IMG/VR virus record: IMGVR_UViG_3300022752_000013
Strand: one strand, 5' to 3'
Source of the DNA: a virus
Lineage: Duplodnaviria > Caudoviricetes
Length of the DNA stretch: 64,000 nt
Below the pieces are notes generated by a model, which was given only the letters and a program-made list of their open reading frames with translations, was not told the DNA's origin and did no database searches. Positions 1 through 9,321 of this stretch are shown here, one piece after another; positions within the stretch are counted from its first letter, which is position 1, and each line of letters starts with the position of its first letter. Made by a program: the position numbers and the translations under genes.

Positions 1-1
1 T

Positions 2-1780
2 GCCAACAACGGCATATTCACCACAATTGTAAACACAGCATCACATACAGGTACTATCGTATCTGTAACAGGCAACGTCACAGCCGGTAACATCTTAACA
101 GGTGGTTTGGTCAGCGCCACTGCTAATATTACTGGTGGCAACATTCTAAGTAATGCACAACTGAGTGTGGTCGGTAACATTGTTCAAAGTGCCGCAAACT
201 CGTTTATTGCTCACAGTTATGCGCAAACACTCACAGGTAACGGTACTGTACAAGCCAACGCTTATGTAATTACAGCAACCAACAACCAGTTTACTACTGT
301 AGCATCAGGAGCCGGTGCTATATTGCCAGCAGGATTGCCGGGTCAAATTGTGTTTGTGGCCAACGACTCTACAGCAAATGCTTTGTTGATATACCCACCA
401 GTTGGCGGATTAATCGACCAGGCTGCAGCCAACGCCGCAATTTCAGTCAGCCCTCTTGGCATGTGGATGGGTACAGCACTTGGTGCAAACGTATGGACCA
501 CAATCAGTCCAGACACTCTTGGTACTACCAACCAAATTACAGCAACACAAGGCAATGGTGTAGTAACCATTGCTCTTGCAACTAGTCCGTCAGTAAGTGG
601 CAACATCACCGGTGGTAACATATTAACAGGTGGTTTGATCAGTGCCACTGCCAACGTGATCGCCAACAACGGAATATTCACCAACATAGTAAACACTGCT
701 AGTTTCACTGGTGGACTTGTATCGGTTACTGGTAACGTAACTGCCAACAATGGCATGTTCACCACGATTGTGAACGTGGCCAGCCACACAGGTGCTGTGG
801 TATCAGTTACAGGCAACGTAACAGGTGGCAACTTATTAACTGGTGGCCTGGTCAGTGCTACAGGCAACGTTACAGGTGGAAATATTATTACCAGCGGCAC
901 GGGTGGAAATATTTCAGGCGCCAACATAATTTCTGCCACCACATTCAGTGCTACAGGCAACGTTATAAGTGGCAATATCTTGACAGGTGGCCTGATATCA
1001 GCAACATCAACTATAACTTCAGCAGCCAACATAACAGGTGGAAACATCTTAACTGGTGGCTTGATATCAGCAACAAGTACGGTAACTGGATCATCGTTTA
1101 ATGGTGCTGGAACTGGATTGACTGGAACAGCGGCATCGTTAACTGTGGGCAGTGCAACCACTGCAACCACGGCAGGCACAGTGACCACAGCCGCACAACC
1201 AAACATCACAAGTGTTGGCACACTGACTTCGGTCACTGTTAGTGGCAATGCCACTGGCGGCAATTTGTTAACTGCCGGATTGATTTCAGCAACTGGTAAC
1301 GTGACCGGCGGTAACATATTGACTGCTGGATTAATTTCAGCGGCCAGTACCATAACCGGCACAAGTTTCTTGGGTGCAGTAGTATCTACAACTGGCAACG
1401 TAACCGGTGGCAATATCTTAACTGCTGGTGTAGTATCAGCAACCGGCAACGTCTCTGGTAATTTCTTTATTGGTAATGGTGCGTTTTTAACCGGACTCAG
1501 TGCAGGATCTGCTTCTAACATTGCCAATGGTGCTACGACTATTACTATTCCAGTTGCTTCGGGCAACATAGCAATGAGTGTGGCAGGGCAGTCAAACACT
1601 GTGGTTATTAACCTGGGTAGTTTTACCATGTACGGTACATTTGCCGGGCCAAAAACACTGGCAGCAAACGTGGCTGTGGCAGATGCAGTAAATGCTATGC
1701 TAATAGGGCCAGTTACATTGGGCAACGGGTTTAACATTTCAGTGCCTAATTCGTCAACATTATATGTTTACGCACCATAA
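2..1780 (+). CDS. Tail-fibre-like, Gly/Thr/Asn/Ala-rich repeat virion protein (5'-truncated by the window edge)
   Basis: Frame is open from position 2 (ANNGIFTTIVNTASHTG...), upstream of the listed start at 107. Many (V/I)SATGNVTGGN(I/L)LT repeats. Confidence 0.7.
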   Translation, partial: ANNGIFTTIVNTASHTGTIVSVTGNVTAGNILTGGLVSATANITGGNILSNAQLSVVGNIVQSAANSFIAHSYAQTLTGNGTVQANAYVITATNNQFTTVASGAGAILPAGLPGQIVFVANDSTANALLIYPPVGGLIDQAAANAAISVSPLGMWMGTALGANVWTTISPDTLGTTNQITATQGNGVVTIALATSPSVSGNITGGNILTGGLISATANVIANNGIFTNIVNTASFTGGLVSVTGNVTANNGMFTTIVNVASHTGAVVSVTGNVTGGNLLTGGLVSATGNVTGGNIITSGTGGNISGANIISATTFSATGNVISGNILTGGLISATSTITSAANITGGNILTGGLISATSTVTGSSFNGAGTGLTGTAASLTVGSATTATTAGTVTTAAQPNITSVGTLTSVTVSGNATGGNLLTAGLISATGNVTGGNILTAGLISAASTITGTSFLGAVVSTTGNVTGGNILTAGVVSATGNVSGNFFIGNGAFLTGLSAGSASNIANGATTITIPVASGNIAMSVAGQSNTVVINLGSFTMYGTFAGPKTLAANVAVADAVNAMLIGPVTLGNGFNISVPNSSTLYVYAP

Positions 1781-1783
1781 ATA
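1777..1783 (+). promoter_or_regulatory. T4-late-like promoter ATAAATA
   Basis: ATAAATA overlaps the ORF1 stop and lies ahead of GAGGA and the ATG at 1802. Confidence 0.5.
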
Positions 1784-1801
1784 CAAGCGAGGATAATTTT
1801 C

Positions 1802-2479
1802 ATGGCATTAACACTAGACGGCACAACAGGTATTTCGGCTTCGGGCAACATTACAGGCGGTAATGTTATTGCCAGTGGCTCTTTGATTGTGGGTTCTTTT
1901 CTACCAACATCTGTTTCTGCTACAGGCAACATCACAGGCGCTAATTTAATTATCAACGGCACAGCCGCCGCTGGTAGTGGTGTACTAATTGTGTCTGGCA
2001 ACATTCAGACCAGTACCTCAAACGCCACATCCAATATTGGCAATGCCAGCAACTATTTCAACAGACTGTTTGCTCAAGCAACCACAGCACTGTATGCTGA
2101 CTTGGCCGAGATTTATAAGGCCGATGCTCAATATCCCCCAGGTACTGTGGTAGTGTTTGGTGGCACACAAGAAGTTACTATGAGCACTGTGACTCATGAC
2201 AACAAGATTGCTGGGGTAGTATCTACACATCCTGCTCATGTGATGAATTCAGGACTGCAATCTGAATTCACAGTGGAAGTGGGTCTAATAGGCCGTGTGC
2301 CATGCCGTGTGATTGGCCCAATTGAGGCAGGTGATCGTGTGGTGTCCAGCAACCGTGCTGGTGTGGCCGAACGCTTGGATATGTCACAATATCAACCAGG
2401 CGTGATCATTGGCAAAGCATTACAAAGTTACTCCAGCACCGATGTTGGTACAATTGAAGTTGTGGTTGGCAGACTATAA
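1802..2479 (+). CDS. Tail-fibre-associated protein with C-terminal intramolecular-chaperone/peptidase_G2-like domain
   Basis: N-terminal SGNITGGN repeats, then YADLAEIY...PGTVV...VSTHPAHVMN...GRVPCRV...GDRVV, typical of autocleaved fibre chaperone domains. Confidence 0.6.
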   Translation: MALTLDGTTGISASGNITGGNVIASGSLIVGSFLPTSVSATGNITGANLIINGTAAAGSGVLIVSGNIQTSTSNATSNIGNASNYFNRLFAQATTALYADLAEIYKADAQYPPGTVVVFGGTQEVTMSTVTHDNKIAGVVSTHPAHVMNSGLQSEFTVEVGLIGRVPCRVIGPIEAGDRVVSSNRAGVAERLDMSQYQPGVIIGKALQSYSSTDVGTIEVVVGRL

Positions 2480-2902
2480 AGTCTGTTCCACTTGTTGAAT
2501 CTTTTGCTGAACAGCATCCAAATTCACAGTGTTCCAAAGTCCAGGATGCAAGGGCCTTGGCCAACGCCCTGATTCAATCCAGGCATAGCCTGTGTGTTCG
2601 TGATTTAGATCCGGCACAAATTCATAGTCTACTCTACACCAAAAAGTATGATACTCAAACACACCATCTGGTGAAGTGAATTTTTCTATGGGTATTAGAC
2701 GTTCGTAGTCAGGCACACTGCCCAGTTCTTCACTGCACTCGCGTTCCACTGCCACAAGAAGACTTTCTCCAGGCTCAACCTTGCCCCCGGCCAGGCCCCA
2801 GGTGTCAGGATACTTAGCGTCGTTTCTCAACAGATAGAGATATCGTTGTGTTCTTGCACAGTAGAACCAAACGCCCACAGCCTCTACAGTATTAGATTCC
2901 AT
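2474..2902 (-). CDS. NUDIX hydrolase
   Basis: Nudix box GGKVEPGESLLVAVERECSEELG. Confidence 0.9.
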   Translation of the reverse strand: MESNTVEAVGVWFYCARTQRYLYLLRNDAKYPDTWGLAGGKVEPGESLLVAVERECSEELGSVPDYERLIPIEKFTSPDGVFEYHTFWCRVDYEFVPDLNHEHTGYAWIESGRWPRPLHPGLWNTVNLDAVQQKIQQVEQTL

Positions 2903-4314
2903 GCACCTCCAGCATACAAGCCATCAATACTTTTGACCCAGGCGCCACCAGTTGTGCCACCAGTCCATTTGTACTGTATGCTTGTGGTAAGGTTGGTCAC
3001 ATACTGTACTTCTGTGGATGTTTGACTGTTAAATGCTATTTGCCAACGCACACCGTTGAACTCAATGATGTCATTGGCATTTGCCAGCAAAGGTTGCCCT
3101 CCGGCGCCTAGCCAGGCACTGGGATTTTGAGCATTGTCAGTATTGCCGGTGGATTCAGTAATCAAATAGCGTTGACCCAATGCCGGCGCTGGCAATCCAT
3201 TGTTGGGCCCACTCAGTAAGGGATTGATCACTGAAGCAACTGGTAGCAAAGTATTTTGTGGAGCAGTGTCAGGGTCAATGTTGAAGATAAACAATCTATC
3301 ATCAGCAGGATTCAAGGTGACTGTGCCTACAATACTTGAATCAGGATTCCAAGGATTGTCCAGAGTGATATAACTGATACCAGGTCTTAGTACACCATAT
3401 GTCTCAACCACAGCAGGCCAAGTTATCTGTGGATTTTCCACAATAGGAAATGTAAACGGTGACAAACTCAATCTGTTGGGCACAACCACTTCAGCCGGTT
3501 GTAATATTTGTAATTGTCCAGTATTAGGTCCGTCCAACAACAATAGCACTTGATAGTTCCATGGTGTGACCTTGAGCCTTGTGCCCAGCAACAAATCGTT
3601 GTCCAGGATAGCATTGGCAGCATCACCATTGGCATCAAATATACTTGCAATCACACGCTCAACCACGCCCAGTTTCTTGACCTTGGCAGGTGAGGATATC
3701 CAGATAGGAATACCAAATGTCAAAGTCATGATGTCTATGGGATTTTCTGTGTTCACAGGAATTGTTCTTGAACTCCAGTTTACTTTTTCCAAATCTACTA
3801 CGCTCAGACTGGTCCAGTCAATGTAGTTTTCTGAACTTTGAATCTCCAGACTGGGATTAAACAAAGTGGCAATTTGTTCAAACAATTGCATTTTTTGGTT
3901 GGTGTTACTTGTCCATATGTCCAGGTTAATGGTCATGCGATAAGGCACCGGCATCAGTCGTTCGATAGTAAATGCATTGCCTTGTGTGGTTTCGTATGTG
4001 TCGGTGGCCGAATCATAGGTACGTTGACGCACCTGCATCTTGTTCACATGATATGGCTCTTGCATTCTGGGACGATCATAGTCCAGGCCTGTGATATAAA
4101 ACGTCATCAGCGGAGTTGATGGCAACGCATTGGCTGAGTTCTGTTGCATGATAGTAGCGGCCTGACGTGAGGCATCGCCGTAGCGCACAGGCACACGCAC
4201 TAGATCTTTGATGCCTTGCTCGTTGCGCCCATACTCTACCTGGAACAAACTGACCATGCGTGTGAACTGTAGCAGATACCTGCGTATTTGTTCGTCGAAA
4301 AAGAATTGTTGCAT
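2884..4314 (-). CDS. Tail sheath stabiliser/completion protein (T4 gp15-like) with C-terminal extension
   Basis: FFDEQIRRYLLQF, VPVRYG, PVPYRMTINLDIWT...QKMQLFEQIATLFNP resemble the gp15 family. Follows a gp14-like gene. Confidence 0.75.
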   Translation of the reverse strand: MQQFFFDEQIRRYLLQFTRMVSLFQVEYGRNEQGIKDLVRVPVRYGDASRQAATIMQQNSANALPSTPLMTFYITGLDYDRPRMQEPYHVNKMQVRQRTYDSATDTYETTQGNAFTIERLMPVPYRMTINLDIWTSNTNQKMQLFEQIATLFNPSLEIQSSENYIDWTSLSVVDLEKVNWSSRTIPVNTENPIDIMTLTFGIPIWISSPAKVKKLGVVERVIASIFDANGDAANAILDNDLLLGTRLKVTPWNYQVLLLLDGPNTGQLQILQPAEVVVPNRLSLSPFTFPIVENPQITWPAVVETYGVLRPGISYITLDNPWNPDSSIVGTVTLNPADDRLFIFNIDPDTAPQNTLLPVASVINPLLSGPNNGLPAPALGQRYLITESTGNTDNAQNPSAWLGAGGQPLLANANDIIEFNGVRWQIAFNSQTSTEVQYVTNLTTSIQYKWTGGTTGGAWVKSIDGLYAGGAWNLIL

Positions 4315-4317
4315 AGA

Positions 4318-5691
4318 TTAACTGGATGGTTGATACGGTTGTGTTGGCGGATACGGATTGGGATCTTTATTACCCCCGTCATCGCCGTTGCTCAAATTGG
4401 GTTGTAACGCCTGGCTCAAACTTTGACGACTTGGAATGTTGCCCATGTCTGAAGTTGGCGTAGTGTATGTATTGTTAACGAAACTGGACCGTAAAGTATT
4501 GTTGGTGGCACCAGGTGTGAGTTGAGTGCGCACGTCGCTTTCAATCTTGACCCATGATCTGCCATTATATCGGAACAATCGGTTGGGAAAGTAGTCCAAA
4601 CGTAGCGCATACTGTCCGGCAATAGGAGTTGGGGGGAAGTTTACTCCTGCGGTGACAGGCAAACCATTGGGAGTTTTGCCATCGCCTGTGAGATAACCTG
4701 CTGTGTAACCATCGCTCCGCGGTGAGTTGCCATCGTTGGCCACTGTTCTTGATGCATCGCTTAGAGTGTAGTCTGCTGTGTATGTGGCTGATGTAGGATT
4801 AGCAGGTGTGCCATCTGAGTTGGTGGCCACAATGTAAAATTTCACAACATCAAAACCAGACTTGGGTATTTCGGCTTCGGCCTGGATCAAAATAGCATCG
4901 TTGATTTCCAAGTCCTTGGGTCTAGTACTCATCTTGTCTGCTAGTGTAGCAGGGTTTGATTTTTCTTGCCAGTATTGTGTATTGGTGATATCCGTGCCGG
5001 GCGGCACATTTTTAGTGCTGATATAATATTTGTCGCCGTAGAGCACAGTGGTACCACCTGGATAAAAATTACCTGGATCCCAAATGTTAATGGGTTCAAA
5101 CGGTTCCTTGGTAATCTCGTTAAATTCTTGAGCGTTGACCATGGGCGTGCATTTTACTCGCCACAAGTGAGGCAACCAAGTTTGACTGAAACCTTCTGAC
5201 GCAAATGCCGCGTCTTGTATCACATAGAATCTTGGCAATGCTCTGGGAATGGTTTCGTTGAGTGGATTGTAGTCACGCAGATTGGGCAGTTCCAACACAT
5301 CGCCACTCATGAGTTTGCGACCCATAGTGTCGATCATGCGATTGTAGTGGAATGTGATAAACAGGGTATCGTTGTTTAGGAACAGACCAAATTGTGTTAG
5401 GTCAAAGTCAATGTCTTGTGTTTGATACACACCACGCATGACATATATGTCAGGATCGTATTTGCGGTCTCGATTTTCCAACAACAGCAGGTCTTCAATA
5501 AACAGCGGGTTGGATTCTGTGTACTTGGGTAGGGTGGCATCATTGTCACCCTCGTTGTCATTGGTCAACGGGCCCATGTATTTGTGCAAATAACAATCGA
5601 CGCCGCCCACCTGGTACATTTCTGCAATAGTGCGATCGAAAAATTGATAGTCGGCTGTCCGGTTGGGCCTATAAAGTGAAAGTCTTGGCAT
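4318..5691 (-). CDS. Neck protein (T4 gp14-like) with inserted carbohydrate-binding-like module
   Basis: QFGLFLNNDTLFITFH...GDVLELP...WLPHLWRVKC resembles gp14. Adjacent to the gp15-like gene. Confidence 0.65.
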   Translation of the reverse strand: MPRLSLYRPNRTADYQFFDRTIAEMYQVGGVDCYLHKYMGPLTNDNEGDNDATLPKYTESNPLFIEDLLLLENRDRKYDPDIYVMRGVYQTQDIDFDLTQFGLFLNNDTLFITFHYNRMIDTMGRKLMSGDVLELPNLRDYNPLNETIPRALPRFYVIQDAAFASEGFSQTWLPHLWRVKCTPMVNAQEFNEITKEPFEPINIWDPGNFYPGGTTVLYGDKYYISTKNVPPGTDITNTQYWQEKSNPATLADKMSTRPKDLEINDAILIQAEAEIPKSGFDVVKFYIVATNSDGTPANPTSATYTADYTLSDASRTVANDGNSPRSDGYTAGYLTGDGKTPNGLPVTAGVNFPPTPIAGQYALRLDYFPNRLFRYNGRSWVKIESDVRTQLTPGATNNTLRSSFVNNTYTTPTSDMGNIPSRQSLSQALQPNLSNGDDGGNKDPNPYPPTQPYQPSS

Positions 5692-5696
5692 AGTAG

Positions 5697-5704
5697 TATT
5701 TATA
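5697..5704 (-). promoter_or_regulatory. T4 late promoter TATAAATA for the gp14-gp15-NUDIX operon
   Basis: Exact T4 late consensus on the minus strand, 5 nt before the ATG at 5691. Confidence 0.7.
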
Positions 5705-5723
5705 GGTAATACTTTCTGTTTAC

Positions 5724-5752
5724 TTGACCAAAAAACCTGGATCTGCTATAAT
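5724..5752 (+). promoter_or_regulatory. sigma70-type promoter
   Basis: TTGACC-17 nt-TATAAT, with GGAGA RBS before the ATG at 5775. Confidence 0.85.
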
Positions 5753-5774
5753 TACAACATACTTTGGAGAACAC

Positions 5775-6911
5775 ATGAAAGTCACTGCCACACTCAAGCC
5801 ACTTAACCCACGTAGCCCTGACACAAAATATGTGGGACTGGAACCCACTTGGCGTAACCAACCCACAGAGGGTCGTATCAGTGCTTTGAGCAATGCGTTT
5901 GGTTGGTACAATTACTTTTATGGCAAAAAAGAAGCCAAGGACTTTGCAGTGGCTTACTTGGACTATCATGACAAAACTCGGGAAGCACGACAGGTGCGCA
6001 CTTTGCCAGACAGTCAAATGCGTCTTACCACAGGTTGGCTGTGCCGCATGAGTATGATGGGCTTGCAGTTGAGCGATCACGAACAAATACAACTGGACAA
6101 TCTAATCGCAGAACTAGTGGCCATCAAACAAGAAATACAAGCAGATGCACAAGTGTCAGATGACGAGCCTGCCCGACCCAACATTCAAGACCGACTCCGC
6201 GAAAAAGTAAGTGAATGCAGTGCTGAACTTGAAGCCATGTTTGATGAGTTCATGACTGCAGGTGCAAAAATGTCCGCAGACTTCAAACCCATCATGGTGA
6301 TCCGTGGCATGAATGTGGCTCCACAAATGATCAGTGTTATCAGCCATCACTGGAAAGGCCGCTTGGAAGAGTTTGAACAGGCCATTGAGGGCAAGGACTC
6401 ACAACTGGTGGAAGCCTACAATTTCCTGACCCGGATTCAATTGCGCAATTGTGTGAAGTTTTGTGAAGCAGTGATCAACGACTGCGGTGCTTATGTACAG
6501 ATCAAGAAGGTTGAGCGCAAGCCACGCAAGGTCAAGACAGTACCCCCAGAAAAACGTGCCGCAAAATTCAAGATTCAAGCAGAGTTTGTAGAACTCAAAC
6601 TAAAGAGTCTATCGCCCGCAAGCCTGGTGGACAAGGCCGAAGCCTGGTTGTACGATACCAAGAAACGCAAATTGATCCATTTGGTTGCTGACAGCCACAC
6701 ACAGGCATTCACTGTCAAAAACAACAGCATCATTGGATTTAGCACAGTGGACACACAACAAAAGACCCTGCGTAAACCAGCGGACGTTGTGAAGGCCATA
6801 CAAGCCGCAGGCAAGCCAGCCGCACGTAAACTGTTCAAAGAAATCAAAGCCACAGAAACTGCCTGGAACGGGCGTGGCACAGAGAATCTGATCATTCTCA
6901 AGAGTTGGTAA
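5775..6911 (+). CDS. Hypothetical protein (likely early-expressed)
   Basis: Long ORF. Start moved to ATG 5775 because the listed start at 5724 lies inside the promoter. Lys-rich C-terminus (QKTLRKP). No function recognised. Confidence 0.75.
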   Translation: MKVTATLKPLNPRSPDTKYVGLEPTWRNQPTEGRISALSNAFGWYNYFYGKKEAKDFAVAYLDYHDKTREARQVRTLPDSQMRLTTGWLCRMSMMGLQLSDHEQIQLDNLIAELVAIKQEIQADAQVSDDEPARPNIQDRLREKVSECSAELEAMFDEFMTAGAKMSADFKPIMVIRGMNVAPQMISVISHHWKGRLEEFEQAIEGKDSQLVEAYNFLTRIQLRNCVKFCEAVINDCGAYVQIKKVERKPRKVKTVPPEKRAAKFKIQAEFVELKLKSLSPASLVDKAEAWLYDTKKRKLIHLVADSHTQAFTVKNNSIIGFSTVDTQQKTLRKPADVVKAIQAAGKPAARKLFKEIKATETAWNGRGTENLIILKSW

Positions 6912-6916
6912 CGGGC

Positions 6917-6943
6917 TAAATATTGGGGACGGAGTTCCCCAAT
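6917..6943 (+). promoter_or_regulatory. Late-like promoter TAAATA plus hairpin covering the gp13 start codon
   Basis: TAAATA at 6917-6922. ATTGGGGA (6922-6929) pairs with TCCCCAAT (6936-6943), with GGAG in the loop. Confidence 0.6.
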
Positions 6944-7706
6944 GTCTGAAACAGAAAATTCTTTAACCACACTTAAATCTCAATTATACGATTATGTACG
7001 CCTGACACTGGGCGATCAAATTGTGGATCTTGAATTGGATCCTGCACACTATGAAGCCGCTTATCAGCGCACCGTTGGCACCTACAGACAACGAGCCAAC
7101 AATGCATATGAAGAAAGTTACAGTTTCATGCAGTTGGTCAATCAGGTAAACATTTACACACTACCGCAAGAAGTGCAAAGTGTACGTCAAATCTTCAAGC
7201 GATCGTTTGGTATTGCCACAGGACCTGGAAGTAACTTTGATCCTTTCAGTCAAGCACAGATGAACGTGTACCTGATCAACTTCAATGAAGCAGGTGGCCT
7301 GGCCACTTATGACTTCTACACACAGTATGTTGAGTTGGCCGCACGTATGTTTGGTGGTTTTTTAAACTACACTTGGAACCCGGTTACCAAGAAACTGCAA
7401 CTGATCCGTAATCCCTCCGGCGGTGGCGAAATTGTGTTGCTTTGGACTTATAACCTCAAACCTGAAATCCAATTGCTGAGTGATTACCAAATCCAACAGT
7501 GGATTCGTGACTACATGGTTGCGGCCTGCAAGATGATCATTGGCGAAGCACGTGAGAAGTTTGGCACCATTGCTGGACCGCAAGGCGGCAGCGTCCTAAA
7601 CGGCACAGCCATGAAAGCCGAGGCGCAGACTCAGATGGATGCCAAGATTCAAGAACTGGTCATGTATGTGGATGGATCACAACCACTTACCTTTGTAATC
7701 GGTTAA
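6942..7706 (+). CDS. Neck/head-completion protein (T4 gp13-like)
   Basis: LYDYVRLTLG..IVDLEL, WIRDY..A.CK...GEAREKF..I.GPQGG..LNG match the gp13 family pattern. Confidence 0.75.
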   Translation: MSETENSLTTLKSQLYDYVRLTLGDQIVDLELDPAHYEAAYQRTVGTYRQRANNAYEESYSFMQLVNQVNIYTLPQEVQSVRQIFKRSFGIATGPGSNFDPFSQAQMNVYLINFNEAGGLATYDFYTQYVELAARMFGGFLNYTWNPVTKKLQLIRNPSGGGEIVLLWTYNLKPEIQLLSDYQIQQWIRDYMVAACKMIIGEAREKFGTIAGPQGGSVLNGTAMKAEAQTQMDAKIQELVMYVDGSQPLTFVIG

Positions 7707-7713
7707 AACGCAA

Positions 7714-7742
7714 TAGACAATCTATTGCAGTTGTGTTACAAT
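7714..7742 (+). promoter_or_regulatory. sigma70-type promoter, probably leaderless
   Basis: TAGACA-17-TACAAT, with ATG 6 nt downstream. Confidence 0.6.
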
Positions 7743-7748
7743 TAACAC

Positions 7749-8270
7749 ATGCACCTAATGATTGATCTTGAGGGTTTGGCAACAGGCCCTGACACTACTA
7801 TTCTTACCATAGCCGCCCAGGCATTTGATCCGTTCGGGTCGGGTCACTACGACAAGCATTACTATGCCAGGGTTACACTAGAAAGCCAGGAAAATCGTGC
7901 CATTGACGATGGCACAATTGCATGGTGGGCAACTCAACCAGAACATGCCAGAGAAGAAGCGTTTGGGGAACAAGATCGTATTCCTCTGGATCAAGCATTG
8001 GATGAACTGGGCCGGTTGATTTGGCACTCCCGACTGATCTGGAGTCAAGGACCCACGTACGACATGAACATTCTTGAACACGCCTACAAGAGTTATGGTA
8101 AATCTTTACCGTGGAAGTACTACATGGTACGGGACTCAAGAACTGTGTTCAGCCTGTGGCCAGAACAGCCTATTCCTGTCACCAGCCATCATGCGCTGGA
8201 AGACTGCCGTAGGCAAATTGGCATGCTTCAAGATACGCTTAAATATCTCAACGTAAAGGAACTCAAATGA
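7749..8270 (+). CDS. DEDDh 3'-5' exonuclease/exoribonuclease (DexA/Rv2179c-like)
   Basis: MIDLEGL (ExoI), WSQGPTYD (ExoII), HHALEDC (ExoIII). Confidence 0.85.
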   Translation: MHLMIDLEGLATGPDTTILTIAAQAFDPFGSGHYDKHYYARVTLESQENRAIDDGTIAWWATQPEHAREEAFGEQDRIPLDQALDELGRLIWHSRLIWSQGPTYDMNILEHAYKSYGKSLPWKYYMVRDSRTVFSLWPEQPIPVTSHHALEDCRRQIGMLQDTLKYLNVKELK

Positions 8271-8932
8271 TCATTGGAGTATGCGGATTCATTGGCTCGG
8301 GCAAGGATACTATTGCTGATTATCTCACTAACTTTCATGGATTCCGCAGAGAATCATTTGCATCAACATTAAAGGATGCTGTGGCACAGGTGTTTGGCTG
8401 GGATCGTACCATGCTAGAAGGGCGCACTAAACAAGCCCGTGAATGGCGAGAACAAGTGGATCCCTGGTGGGCAGAGCGACTGCACATGCCCACACTAACA
8501 CCACGTTGGATCTTGCAGTACTGGGGCACAGAAGTATGTAGAGCAGGGTTTCACGATGATATCTGGATTGCCAGTTTAGAAAACAAACTGCGCCACAGTC
8601 AAGATGATGTTGTGATTTCCGACTGCCGTTTCCCTAATGAAATACGGGCTATCAAAAACGCAGGGGGTCGAGTTATTAGAGTAACTCGCGGTCCTGAACC
8701 TGAGTGGTACAAGGCCGCACTGAGTGTGAATCGTGGGGCCAATGGCAACTCAACCTGGTCGATTAGTCATCGCAAACTGGAAAAACTAGGAATCCATGCC
8801 AGTGAAACGGCCTGGGTGGGCACACAGTTTGATGCTGTGCTGGACAACAATGCCACTGTGGATGACTTGTTTTCTCAAGTCAATGATCTGCTTGCAGGTC
8901 TCCAGGTCGCCAAGGAACGTCCAGGCGCCTGA
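8267..8932 (+). CDS. Deoxynucleoside monophosphate kinase (T4 gp1-like)
   Basis: IIGVCGFIGSGKDT P-loop, FASTLKD, R.ILQYWGTE..R, VVISDCRFPNE. Confidence 0.9.
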   Translation: MIIGVCGFIGSGKDTIADYLTNFHGFRRESFASTLKDAVAQVFGWDRTMLEGRTKQAREWREQVDPWWAERLHMPTLTPRWILQYWGTEVCRAGFHDDIWIASLENKLRHSQDDVVISDCRFPNEIRAIKNAGGRVIRVTRGPEPEWYKAALSVNRGANGNSTWSISHRKLEKLGIHASETAWVGTQFDAVLDNNATVDDLFSQVNDLLAGLQVAKERPGA

Positions 8933-9224
8933 CTTCCTCCGTGCAATTTAAACAAACTGTGCGTAGGTTACTCAGTTCTGTGTTGGTCAATCGTCCATCC
9001 ATGTGACATACCAATAATTGGCCGGCATACCTTGATCTAAACCCACAACGGTCACACACAGTTTTTTTCTTGTATCCCGCTGATTGCCAACGTGCCACAG
9101 GCGCTTTTTCCTGTCGCCCTCGGCGTATACAGTTGTCACACATCTTGCGATAGTACACTGTGTCTTCACGACGATAGTTCACAGCCACTGGGCGTTGATT
9201 GCAGGCTCGACAAATGGGTCTCAT
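8880..9224 (-). CDS. Zinc-binding HNH-like protein
   Basis: CxxC pairs plus CHMDG..TN....NLRTVCLNC. Start moved to ATG 9224, which has ATAAATA 4 nt upstream. Confidence 0.6.
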   Translation of the reverse strand: MRPICRACNQRPVAVNYRREDTVYYRKMCDNCIRRGRQEKAPVARWQSAGYKKKTVCDRCGFRSRYAGQLLVCHMDGRLTNTELSNLRTVCLNCTEEVRRLDVPWRPGDLQADH

Positions 9225-9289
9225 GGGGTATTTATGGCCACGAACCTTTATAAAGGGCATCGCAACTGGCATGGTTTTGATGCGTTGCG

Positions 9290-9296
9290 ATAAATA
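9290..9296 (+). promoter_or_regulatory. Late-like promoter of the tail sheath gene
   Basis: ATAAATA, then AAGGAG RBS before the ATG at 9322. Confidence 0.65.
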
Positions 9297-9321
9297 TCTT
9301 TAAGTTTTATAAGGAGCCAAA

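Noticed and set aside
343-1737. 464-aa minus-strand ORF
   Set aside because: Antisense shadow of the Gly/Thr/Asn repeat gene; no RBS or promoter, and its PPV/LP repeats mirror the plus-strand codons.
2-2479. Diversity-generating retroelement in the fibre repeats
   Set aside because: No reverse transcriptase in the window and no near-identical repeat pair differing only at adenines.
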